From positions 21,845 through 85,844 of the forward strand of contig CAYJRA010000001.1 in NCBI GenBank assembly GCA_964372465.1: a DNA stretch of 64,000 bases, in the 5' to 3' direction. Positions 30,628-39,618 of this stretch are shown one piece after another. The first letter of the stretch is position 1; the number at the start of each line of letters is the position of its first letter. The DNA comes from an uncultured archaeon. GTDB taxonomy: Archaea > Aenigmatarchaeota > Aenigmatarchaeia > CG10238-14. Under the pieces are notes generated by a model. It had not been told where the DNA came from. It searched no databases and saw only the letters and a list, made by a program, of their open reading frames with translations. The position numbers and the translations under genes are program-made.

Positions 30628-32202
30628 ATGAAGAAAATAAACAAAGAATTGGTCATATTATCAATAATAATTATTGGTTTAATTTTCAGACTTTTCATCT
30701 CTTGGCAAAAAATAGAAACTCTGTTACAAAAAATTCTAATAGATGATGCTTTTATAGCGTTCTCTATATCCAGAAATATTGCTAATGGTAATGGAATATC
30801 TTTTGACGGAATTTCGTTAACTAATGGTTTTCAACCATTGTGGATATTCATTATAGTTTCTATATTTAAAATAATTAAAAATGAATTAGCTATAAATTTA
30901 GTTTTAACAATAGCATCAATAATAGATACTATAACAATATTTCTTATATATAGAATCGGAGAAAAAATTTACGGAGAAAAAATTGGATTACTAAGTTCAA
31001 TGGTTTATTCTATCAATCCATTATTTTTATTTTTTACATTAAACGGTATAGAGGTGGCTTTAACTGTTTTCTTAATAAATATAACTATTCTATATTTTAT
31101 TTCTATCAAAAATTTTACAAATAAAAAAATAATATTTTTAGGTTTATTGTTGGGCATAACGGTATTATCAAGGTTAGATTCCATTTTTTTAGTTTTTAGT
31201 ATTTGTGTCATATTACTTTGGAAAGTTAAAAAAATCGATTTAATAATAAAAAATTTTTTTATTTTGGGTATTACAATTTTTTTGATAGCATCTCCCTGGT
31301 TAATGTGGAACTATATAAATTTTGGAACGTTCATTCCTAGTAGTGGAAAAGCTGTATATAATTTAGGCCACATGATCTGTGACATAAAACACTGCAACAT
31401 TTATGATATAACAAAAATATTATTTAGAAATTTTTTAACTGGTATTTTTTCTTTAACTTATTATTTTGGGATAATTAATTCAAACATAATAAATATAATT
31501 TTCGGTCTCATAATTCTATACTTTTTATTCATAGGTATTAAAAAATATAATATATTTTTATCTGTATCCTTTATTTATATCTGCTTAATATTTTTATTTT
31601 ATTCGGCATATATTTGGAGATTGGATCTTAGATATTTTACTGCATCTTCATCTCTCTTATTAATTACTTTATGTAATGGAATATTCACTTTTGCTAAAAA
31701 GATAAAATACAAATTTTTTATTCTGTCATTTATACTTAGTATCTTATTAACTAACATTTTGATAAATGCTAATTACGAATGGAACAGGGGTTACGTTCCA
31801 TGGCAGATAATGATGTATGAAGGGGGTTTATGGGTAAAAAATAATACAAAAACGAATATAATCATTGCTTCGTTCAATAGCGGACTGATTGGATATTATT
31901 CAGAAAGATCTAATATTAATTTGGATGGAGTAATAAATTTTGAGGCAATTCAGGCAATTGAAAAAAATAATATTACAAATTACATAAAATCAAAAAATGT
32001 TTCCTATTTATTAGATACTGTATTGGATATAAGAAATGAAAATGAAGACATAGATTTATGGAATATCAACCCATGGACAAAATACATGGGTGAAGAATTC
32101 AAAAGTAGTTTAGAAATTCAAAAAATTAATATTAAAGAATTTGAAATCGTTGGTAGAAATAAAATGAAAACTGCATTTTTCATAGCAAAAGTAATCAATT
32201 AA
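30628..32202 (+). CDS. GT-C-like polytopic membrane protein
   Basis: First-loop motif LIDDAFIAFSISRNIANGNGISF..TNGFQPLW. About 12 TM helices and a C-terminal soluble domain. Confidence 0.4.
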   Translation: MKKINKELVILSIIIIGLIFRLFISWQKIETLLQKILIDDAFIAFSISRNIANGNGISFDGISLTNGFQPLWIFIIVSIFKIIKNELAINLVLTIASIIDTITIFLIYRIGEKIYGEKIGLLSSMVYSINPLFLFFTLNGIEVALTVFLINITILYFISIKNFTNKKIIFLGLLLGITVLSRLDSIFLVFSICVILLWKVKKIDLIIKNFFILGITIFLIASPWLMWNYINFGTFIPSSGKAVYNLGHMICDIKHCNIYDITKILFRNFLTGIFSLTYYFGIINSNIINIIFGLIILYFLFIGIKKYNIFLSVSFIYICLIFLFYSAYIWRLDLRYFTASSSLLLITLCNGIFTFAKKIKYKFFILSFILSILLTNILINANYEWNRGYVPWQIMMYEGGLWVKNNTKTNIIIASFNSGLIGYYSERSNINLDGVINFEAIQAIEKNNITNYIKSKNVSYLLDTVLDIRNENEDIDLWNINPWTKYMGEEFKSSLEIQKINIKEFEIVGRNKMKTAFFIAKVIN

Positions 32203-32233
32203 TATTTTAACATTTTCATTATACAAGAAGAAT

Positions 32234-33532
32234 ATGAAAAAAATTGGTATAATAGGATCTGGTGCCGCAGGACTAGCATCTGCTCTAAAATTAAAAGAAA
32301 ATGGTTTTGATGTTACTATATTCGAAAGAGAAAGTTTTATTGGTGGTCTCGCATCAAGATATAAGATAAACTGGGATAAAAAAACATATTATATTAATAA
32401 AACATATCATCATATTCTTGAGGGAGATTTAACAACAGTAAAAATGATTAATTATCTTGGAATAAAACACAAATTTCATAGAACAAAAGTCAAAACTGGT
32501 TTTGTTTACAAAAATAAAATTTGGGGTTTATCATCACCTGTAGATATGTTAAAATTCCCAGTAAATTTGATAGATAAAATAAAATTACTCGCTTTCATAA
32601 TAAATTGCTCATTAAAAGAAGACTGGTCTGATACCGAAAAGATAAACGCCGAGGATTGGATAATAAGAAGAGTAGGAAAAAATAATTATAAAATAATTTT
32701 TGAAAAATTAATAAAAAACAAATTTAATAAACAACCAAAAAAAATTTCTGCAGCATGGTTTGGAACAAGATTCGTTAGAGAATCACAATCTTTTATGAAA
32801 CGTTTTGGGTGGCTTGAAGATGGTGGAGAAGGACAAATATTAGATTTAATGATAAAAAAATTAAAAAATACTAATTGCAAAATTAAAATAAATGTCGATG
32901 TAAGAAACATAGACGTAAAAAATAAAACAATAACTTTTTATGAAAAAGGTGTAACAAAAAAAGAGAAATTTGATGTTATAATAAGTACCATTCCACCGGA
33001 AATATACATGAAATTAGCAACAATGAATAATCATTCAAAAAGATTAAGAAAATCATTCAAAAAAATAGAGTATCTAAGTGTTATTTGTGCTTGTATAGGA
33101 TTAAAGAAAAAATATACAAATTTTTATTGGTTAAATATTTTAGATAATTATCCATTCAAAGTAATATTTACAAATAGTGTTTTACATAAAGATTCGGCGC
33201 CAAAAAATAAAAGTAATATTTATCTAGCAACATATTTCAGTGGAAAAAATTATTTATGGTATAAGAATGAAAAAGAAATATTTGAAATATATATCAAATA
33301 TTTAGATAAAATATTTAAGAAGTGTAAAAAAAATATTGATTGGTATAAAATAGTTAAATTCAAACATGCTGAAGCTATCTTTGATATAAACTTCAAAAAT
33401 CCACCCATATCAGACAATGGAATATATTTCGCGGGTATTTTTAGAATATTTCCAAAAATAAGAAACGTTTCATCTGCTTTAGAATCCGGTTTTGAAGCAG
33501 CTGAAGCTGTTATGAGTGATGAGAATGAGTAA
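32234..33532 (+). CDS. FAD/NAD(P)-binding oxidoreductase (amine-oxidase / UDP-galactopyranose-mutase-like fold)
   Basis: Dinucleotide-binding motif KIGIIGSGAAGLASALKLKENGFDVTIFERESFIGG. 432 aa. Confidence 0.55.
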   Translation: MKKIGIIGSGAAGLASALKLKENGFDVTIFERESFIGGLASRYKINWDKKTYYINKTYHHILEGDLTTVKMINYLGIKHKFHRTKVKTGFVYKNKIWGLSSPVDMLKFPVNLIDKIKLLAFIINCSLKEDWSDTEKINAEDWIIRRVGKNNYKIIFEKLIKNKFNKQPKKISAAWFGTRFVRESQSFMKRFGWLEDGGEGQILDLMIKKLKNTNCKIKINVDVRNIDVKNKTITFYEKGVTKKEKFDVIISTIPPEIYMKLATMNNHSKRLRKSFKKIEYLSVICACIGLKKKYTNFYWLNILDNYPFKVIFTNSVLHKDSAPKNKSNIYLATYFSGKNYLWYKNEKEIFEIYIKYLDKIFKKCKKNIDWYKIVKFKHAEAIFDINFKNPPISDNGIYFAGIFRIFPKIRNVSSALESGFEAAEAVMSDENE

Positions 33533-34598
33533 AGTCGCATTTGTAAAGGTAAAGAAAGGGAAGGTTTGCGTACAAGATGCAGTTAGAAAGGCAATGAAAC
33601 TAACTGAATGGAAAAAATATATAAATGGAAATAAATTTTTCTTAAAAATAAATGGTATTTCAGATCAACTTGTTCCGGGTCAATGCACATCGCCGTGGGT
33701 GGTTGAAAGTGTAATACAAAAAATTAAAGAAGGGTTCCCAAAGGCAAAAATAAAAATTGGTGATGCGGACCTAGCAGCGGCAAAACAATTAAACAAAGCG
33801 GCAAAACTATGGGGTATAATTGATATAGCTGAAAAATATGGAATAGAATTTGTTAATATATCAGATGAAGAAGCAACCATGCAACAAATAAATGGAAAAA
33901 TACTAAAAGAAATGCTTGTTTCTAAATCAGTTCTTGAAGCTGATACAATAATAAATATACCTATCGCAAAATCACATTGCCTTACAAAATTAACATGTTG
34001 CTTAAAAAATCATTGGGGATTAATACCAAGGGGTGTTAGACACAACTATCATCTGTTAGTAAATCAAGTAATTGCAGATATAAACAATTATTTCAAAAAA
34101 ACAACTTACAATGTAGTAGATGGAACCGTAACAATGGAGGGTGATGCGCCAAGAACCGGAACTCCAAAAATAACAAATGTCATATTTGCTGGTAGTGATA
34201 GAGTGGCAATAGATACTGTAGTAGCAAAATTTATGGGGCTGGAACATAAAAAAATTGACCATATTATATTATCAGAAAAAATGAATGTCGGGTCTACAAA
34301 ATATGAAATAATTGGTGATAAATTTTATATCGATAAATTTGCAAAGCCAAAACCGAATAGGCAGCCAATATTTTTGCTAGAAATGAATTTTAGAAAAGTT
34401 CCTATATTAAGAGACATCATGTTTAAGACAAAACTTTTTGATATATTAGCATGGGGTGCAACGCAATATAATTCTATAATATGGTATAACCTAAAAGGTA
34501 AAAAAATGGCTGAAAAAATTATATATAAAACTCAATATAGAAAAGAATTCGAAAATCTTTGGGAGAAAACAGGCAAAACTGGAAAACTACCTGCCTAA
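33525..34598 (+). CDS. DUF362-domain protein
   Basis: Start taken at MSKVAFVKV. FLKINGIS...TSPWVVESVI and NIPIAKSHCLT..HWGLIP resemble DUF362 from memory. Overlaps the FAD-enzyme gene by 8 nt. Confidence 0.5.
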   Translation: MSKVAFVKVKKGKVCVQDAVRKAMKLTEWKKYINGNKFFLKINGISDQLVPGQCTSPWVVESVIQKIKEGFPKAKIKIGDADLAAAKQLNKAAKLWGIIDIAEKYGIEFVNISDEEATMQQINGKILKEMLVSKSVLEADTIINIPIAKSHCLTKLTCCLKNHWGLIPRGVRHNYHLLVNQVIADINNYFKKTTYNVVDGTVTMEGDAPRTGTPKITNVIFAGSDRVAIDTVVAKFMGLEHKKIDHIILSEKMNVGSTKYEIIGDKFYIDKFAKPKPNRQPIFLLEMNFRKVPILRDIMFKTKLFDILAWGATQYNSIIWYNLKGKKMAEKIIYKTQYRKEFENLWEKTGKTGKLPA

Positions 34599-35240
34599 AA
34601 ATTTTAAACGTAAAATAAGTCTAATAAATCTGAAAATTTCTTTAAAATTAAATTTTGACTGACCTCTTTTTCTTTTATGAAACACAAACTGGACTTCAGA
34701 AATTTTATAATTTTTTTTTGTTGCTTTATATATTAATTCAGTTATAATTTTATATCCAATAGGGTAAAGCTTAATTTTATTCATGACATCTCTTCTTATG
34801 GCTGCAAATCCTGATACTGGATCTCTAATATTTATTCCTAGAAAAAATCTAGTTATCAAATTTGCACCATGACTAATGACAACTCTATAAAATGGATCCT
34901 CAACTTTGGATCCATGTATATATTTTGAACCTATTACTATGTCATTCTCTTTTATATTCTTTAATAAGTTTTTCAAATCTTTTGGGTCATGGCTACCGTC
35001 TCCATCCATTAAAACAATAACATCACCTTTAATTAAATTGAAGCCTTCTAAAAAGGCGTTACCTAAACCATCAGATTTTTGGATAATTAATTCAGCATTT
35101 TTAATTTTTGGCGATTCTTCACTTTTATCAACAACAATAATTTCATGTTTTAAATTATTCAATTCTTTATGAATTTCAGAAATCAGCGTATTGATATAAG
35201 GCTCGTTTTTTGTTGGTATTATTATAGATACTAATTTCAT
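34587..35240 (-). CDS. GT2 dolichyl-phosphate sugar synthase (Dpm1-like)
   Basis: VSIIIPTKNEPYI, VVDKSEESP, VLMDGDGSHDP. Confidence 0.75.
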   Translation of the reverse strand: MKLVSIIIPTKNEPYINTLISEIHKELNNLKHEIIVVDKSEESPKIKNAELIIQKSDGLGNAFLEGFNLIKGDVIVLMDGDGSHDPKDLKNLLKNIKENDIVIGSKYIHGSKVEDPFYRVVISHGANLITRFFLGINIRDPVSGFAAIRRDVMNKIKLYPIGYKIITELIYKATKKNYKISEVQFVFHKRKRGQSKFNFKEIFRFIRLILRLKFLGR

Positions 35241-35251
35241 AAAAGCACATG

Positions 35252-36292
35252 TTATAAATTATTTTTCATCCAATTAGCTGTTTTGATTATACCATCTCTC
35301 AGAGTTACTTTTGGATAATACTCAAAAGTGAATTTGGCTTTCGAAATATCCGGGCATCGCCTTCTTGGATCATCTTTCAAATCATAGTTAGAAGGTGAAT
35401 TTAAAATTACTTTAGAATTTGAATTCAAGCTCTTGATGACAATCCTAGCTAAATCTATGATAGAAGTTTCTATATCATTTCCTATATTAAAAACTTCTCC
35501 GTCAATATTTGGTGTAAATAAAAGTTTAAACAATCCTGTTATTTGATCTGTTATATAACAAAAGCTTCTTGTTTGTTCTCCATCACCATAAACAGTTATT
35601 GGATTATTATTAATGGATTGATGTATAAATTTTATAATAGCTCTACCATACTGAGAGGTTTCTTTCATATCAAGACGTGGACCATAAGTATTGAAAATTC
35701 GTGCAATTCTAATTTTTAATCCAAATTTTTTAAAATAGGAATAACAATATGACTCTGCGGCTCTTTTTCCTTCGTCATACATAGAACGCGGACCAAAAGA
35801 ATTAACAATCCCATAAAAATTTTCTTTTGTTGGCACATTTTCATCTGATGGATTACCATAAATTTCGCTCGTACTAGTTAAAAGAAATCCTTTAATTTTA
35901 TTTTTTTTACTTAACTCCAAAAGTTTTTTTGTCCCTATAATATTAGAATCCAAAGTTTCTATTGGATAATCCATATACAAAGATGGCGTTGCAATACTAG
36001 CCATATGAACAATGTAATCAATCTTTTCGTCTATTTTGCAACTATCAATATCAGAATTAATAAAATTAAAGTTTGATTTATCGATCAAATGTTTTATGTT
36101 ATTTTCATGCCCAGAACTAAGATTGTCAACACAAATTATTTCAGCATCAAAAGAATTTAGAATATCACAAAACCAACTGCCCAAAAATCCAGCTCCGCCT
36201 GTAATGAGTATTTTTTTTCCTTCAATTTTTTCTTTGAATTGATTAATTTCATTTGAAATTATATTTATGTCTTTTTTTATTATCTCATCCAT
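35252..36292 (-). CDS. UDP-glucuronate decarboxylase (UDP-xylose synthase), SDR family
   Basis: ILITGGAGFLGSW NAD motif and the UXS-type catalytic signature YDEGKRAAES. Confidence 0.7.
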   Translation of the reverse strand: MDEIIKKDINIISNEINQFKEKIEGKKILITGGAGFLGSWFCDILNSFDAEIICVDNLSSGHENNIKHLIDKSNFNFINSDIDSCKIDEKIDYIVHMASIATPSLYMDYPIETLDSNIIGTKKLLELSKKNKIKGFLLTSTSEIYGNPSDENVPTKENFYGIVNSFGPRSMYDEGKRAAESYCYSYFKKFGLKIRIARIFNTYGPRLDMKETSQYGRAIIKFIHQSINNNPITVYGDGEQTRSFCYITDQITGLFKLLFTPNIDGEVFNIGNDIETSIIDLARIVIKSLNSNSKVILNSPSNYDLKDDPRRRCPDISKAKFTFEYYPKVTLRDGIIKTANWMKNNL

Positions 36293-36368
36293 CTGGATAT
36301 CAACTATTGATTTTATTATTAGAGAATAAATATTTTAATAAAAATTGTATCAATATATATTGATTATT

Positions 36369-37679
36369 CTAAAAATTCGATTTCCAACCAATGCCCTTAT
36401 ATATTATACCTAAATCTTCAGCTTTTTTTGGATCTATGGTTCTTCTGCCATCGATAATAGGAAAATTTGGTTTGTATAAATCCAAATTTCTGAATTCATC
36501 CCATTCTGTCATAATTATGCAAGCATCTGTTAACTCTAAACATTCTTTTGCAGATTTTGTAAATTCTATTCCATGATCTTTCAATATTTCTTTTGCGTTA
36601 TTCATAGCTTCGGGATCATAAACTTTTACTCTTGCACCTTCTTGAATAAGTCTCTTAATAACAGGTATTGATCTTGCTTCACGCATATCATCTGTATTTG
36701 GTTTAAAAGCAAGCCCCAAAACAGAAATATTTTTTCCTTTTAGATCACCAATAGCAATTTTTGTTAAATTAATCAAACAAAATGGCTGTTCTTCATTGAT
36801 TTCTATTATACTATTAAGCATTTTTGTTTCTACTTCTAATTTTTTTGCTGTGTTAATCAAAGCTTTCACGTCTTTGGGAAAACATGCTCCACCAAACCCT
36901 GCTCCGGCATTTAGAAATTTAGGACCTACCCTAGGATCCATACCTATCACGTTAGCTACTTCATATACATCGACACCGATCTTCTCACAAATATTAGCAA
37001 TTTCGTTCATAAAAGAAATTCTGGATGCAAGCATTGAATTTTGAGTATATTTTATCATTTCAGCAGTAACGATACTTGTAATTACACGTGGTATTTTTTT
37101 ATTAAACCCGTCATAAACTTTGGTTAGTATATCAGAAGATTTGAAATCGTTGGTGCCTATTAAAATTTTATCCGGATTCATAAAATCATAAACAGCTGCT
37201 CCTTCCCTCAAAAACTCTGGATTCATGCAAACACCAAAATCTTTCCCTGCTCTTTTTTCAGAATACTTTTCGATTATCGGTATTACAACTGTTTCTGTTG
37301 TTTTTGGTGTAACAGTACTTTTCACAACGATAACTTGATACTTTTTGGTTTTTTTTATCAATTCTCCAATTGATTTACAACAAGATTCTATTTGGGAAAG
37401 ATTTATTGAACCATCAATATTAGAGGGCGTCCCAACACAAATAAAAATTACATCTGCGTCCTGAATTTTATTATAATCTATTGTCGCTTGAATTTTTTTT
37501 TGCTTAATTCCATTTTTTAAAATTTTTTCTAAACCGGGTTCATGTATAGGGGATACTCCAGAATTGATTAAATTAGTTTTTTCCTTATTTCTGCCTATTA
37601 AAACAATTTCATGATCAAACTTTATCAAACATACAAGAGTTATTCCAACATAGCCAGTGCCAATAACGCCAATTTTCAT
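36369..37679 (-). CDS. ugd: UDP-glucose 6-dehydrogenase
   Basis: MKIGVIGTGYVG; catalytic-Cys motif GFGGACFPKD; LGLAFKPNTDDMREA. Confidence 0.9.
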   Translation of the reverse strand: MKIGVIGTGYVGITLVCLIKFDHEIVLIGRNKEKTNLINSGVSPIHEPGLEKILKNGIKQKKIQATIDYNKIQDADVIFICVGTPSNIDGSINLSQIESCCKSIGELIKKTKKYQVIVVKSTVTPKTTETVVIPIIEKYSEKRAGKDFGVCMNPEFLREGAAVYDFMNPDKILIGTNDFKSSDILTKVYDGFNKKIPRVITSIVTAEMIKYTQNSMLASRISFMNEIANICEKIGVDVYEVANVIGMDPRVGPKFLNAGAGFGGACFPKDVKALINTAKKLEVETKMLNSIIEINEEQPFCLINLTKIAIGDLKGKNISVLGLAFKPNTDDMREARSIPVIKRLIQEGARVKVYDPEAMNNAKEILKDHGIEFTKSAKECLELTDACIIMTEWDEFRNLDLYKPNFPIIDGRRTIDPKKAEDLGIIYKGIGWKSNF

Positions 37680-37746
37680 ATTAATCTAAAAAAATTAGAT
37701 TTAATAATATTAATATATAGTACGTATTGAAAAAATAGAGTTTCAT

Positions 37747-38748
37747 TCAAAACAAAACTAGAAGCAGACAAGAAAAAATTATTTCAATTAACATCAAAGA
37801 TAAAGTAATTTGCTTTTCTGTGAAACTACCTAAATTCATTACTATATGGGTAAGAGAATATACATTTTTACCATAAGGTGCTTCAAGCTTGCCGTCATTT
37901 TTTAATTTTCCCAAACATTGAGCTTTGAATCTGGATCTTAATTTTAAGAAAAATTCTAAGATAAATGGCATCATAACTATCATTCCGGCTTTTTCCATAT
38001 TTCCGATTATTATTCCAGATGCAACGACAGATCCTAGTCCATAAGTTAAACTATCCCCGGCAAGGATTTTAGCTGGAATCCAGTTATATTTTAGAAAACC
38101 CAAAATGGCACCTGCTGCCGTAAAAAATATAGCTGCAGAAATTGTCTCACCGTGCTTCAATGCAAATAACCCTAAAGATAAACAATATATCAAACCCATA
38201 CCGCCTTCTGATCCATTAAAACCACCTAGCATATTAACTGAGTTTGCAACAAAAACGACACCCAAAGGAACTAATATGAGAGGATAAAATATACCAAAGT
38301 TTACCGATCCTATGAATGGAAGTGTTAATGAACTAAATCCAGCTTTAACGGCCATGAGTGGTATAGCCGCAAAAAATGTTAGCATGGGTTTTTGCCATTG
38401 TTTTAAGCCTTTTCTGATCTTACCTTTACCTTCTACTATATTGCTAGAATTAAGATCATCAAAAAATCCGATGATTGAAATTAACAAAATGGTTAGGATC
38501 GCACCAAAAAGATCTATAATTTTTGTTTGGTCGTTTAAAATAAATGTTTTAAACCCTATGAAAAACATTAATCCTAATATCAAAGATAAAACAACTGGTA
38601 TACCACCACTATTAGCTAATAGCGGCCTGTTTTTTTTATGAAGATCAAATGCAACTATATTATTATTTTTGAAAAATTCTATTAGATATTTTGTTAACAT
38701 CAAGGACGTTATTAATGATATTAGAAATGAAACAACAAGTATGACCAT
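37747..38748 (-). CDS. aglH: UDP-GlcNAc:dolichyl-phosphate GlcNAc-1-phosphate transferase (AglH/Alg7/WecA family)
   Basis: About 10 TM helices. GFFDDLNS and NSVNMLGGFNGSEGG motifs of the polyprenyl-phosphate hexose-1-P transferase family. Confidence 0.7.
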   Translation of the reverse strand: MVILVVSFLISLITSLMLTKYLIEFFKNNNIVAFDLHKKNRPLLANSGGIPVVLSLILGLMFFIGFKTFILNDQTKIIDLFGAILTILLISIIGFFDDLNSSNIVEGKGKIRKGLKQWQKPMLTFFAAIPLMAVKAGFSSLTLPFIGSVNFGIFYPLILVPLGVVFVANSVNMLGGFNGSEGGMGLIYCLSLGLFALKHGETISAAIFFTAAGAILGFLKYNWIPAKILAGDSLTYGLGSVVASGIIIGNMEKAGMIVMMPFILEFFLKLRSRFKAQCLGKLKNDGKLEAPYGKNVYSLTHIVMNLGSFTEKQITLSLMLIEIIFSCLLLVLF

Positions 38749-38780
38749 ATTACCATTTCATAATATGGAAAACAATCTAT

Positions 38781-39104
38781 TTATTCACTTTTTAGTTTCA
38801 TTATCGCTTCTACTACGTCTCCTTTTGTCTCTTCCAATGCTTTTTTGACTTTGATTTCATCTCTGACTCCAGTTTGCTCTATTACTAAGTTTACATCATC
38901 TTGAGAAAATTGTGCAGTAGTCTCGCCAGAAACTTGATATACAATTTGCCCTTTCATCGAAGTTTTTACAACTTGAGGGTTGTTGATTACTATATCACCG
39001 TCAGTAGCTTTTATTATTACTTGGGACGCGCTAATATTTTCCATTGACATACCAAGTTGTTTGAGTGTTTGCTCCAATTTTTTAGGGTCTATTCCGGGCA
39101 TCAT
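38781..39104 (-). CDS. nac: Nascent polypeptide-associated complex protein (NAC domain plus UBA)
   Basis: MMPGIDPKKLEQTLKQLGM...VIIKATDGDIVINNPQV..VYQVSGE plus a UBA-like C-terminal EETKGDVVEAIMKL. Confidence 0.85.
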   Translation of the reverse strand: MMPGIDPKKLEQTLKQLGMSMENISASQVIIKATDGDIVINNPQVVKTSMKGQIVYQVSGETTAQFSQDDVNLVIEQTGVRDEIKVKKALEETKGDVVEAIMKLKSE

Positions 39105-39220
39105 GAGAACAAATTAGGTATCAAACTTTATAAACTTAAAGTATCTTATTCGTTATTTCCGACAAGTGAAAAACAAGTAGAGAAAGGTTTTTATTCAAAA
39201 AAATAAAATAATACTTAATA

Positions 39221-39228
39221 GGTGAGGT
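39221..39228 (+). promoter_or_regulatory. Shine-Dalgarno-like GGTGAGGT
   Basis: GGTGAGGT lies immediately upstream of the ATG at 39230. The same GGTGAGG heptamer precedes the proposed CTG start of the DHH gene. Confidence 0.4.
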
Positions 39229-39229
39229 A

Positions 39230-39577
39230 ATGGTAAAGGAAGCAAAATATGGTGAGTGGGCTTTCCTCGCTGGTGTGTTATTAGCAGTTGTATTAGGTTT
39301 AGTTTCAGGTGTTGGTTATCCATTACCAGACTATGTCCTAACAATTTTAGTGTTGCTAGGTTTAGTTGTTGGCGTAATGAATATAACATCAAAAGAAACG
39401 CACTCTTTCCTATTGGCCGCTTTAGTGTTGCTGACATCAAAATCAGCGGGTTTAGAATCCCTTCCATTTGTAGGAAGTTATTTGGATTTAGTTTTAACGT
39501 ATGCGGCGGTTTTCGTTGCACCAGCGTCTTTAGTTATAGCCCTTAAAACAATCAAGGAATTAGCCGCGGGAAAATAA
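39230..39577 (+). CDS. Small membrane protein (4 TM helices), unknown function
   Basis: 115 aa and hydrophobic throughout, with an SD-like sequence upstream. The overlapping 39256-39546 and antisense 39195-39521 ORFs look non-coding. Confidence 0.5.
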   Translation: MVKEAKYGEWAFLAGVLLAVVLGLVSGVGYPLPDYVLTILVLLGLVVGVMNITSKETHSFLLAALVLLTSKSAGLESLPFVGSYLDLVLTYAAVFVAPASLVIALKTIKELAAGK

Positions 39578-39618
39578 GTCAATTTTTTATTATTTTATTT
39601 TGATATTTTTTTAAATTA

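Noticed and set aside
7771-38748. The glycosylation island as a mobile genomic island
   Set aside because: I found no integrase, transposase, flanking direct repeats or tRNA at either boundary. tRNA-Val at 3419-3490 is 4 kb away and separated by core genes. The low GC alone is insufficient, so it is reported only as a compositional observation.
39153-39174. ORB-like TTATTTCCGACAAGTGAAAAAC upstream of the small membrane protein gene
   Set aside because: It shares only TTATTTCC with the ORBs. It lacks the C-string and the TTTCC/GGAAA dyad, so it is most likely a chance match in AT-rich promoter DNA.
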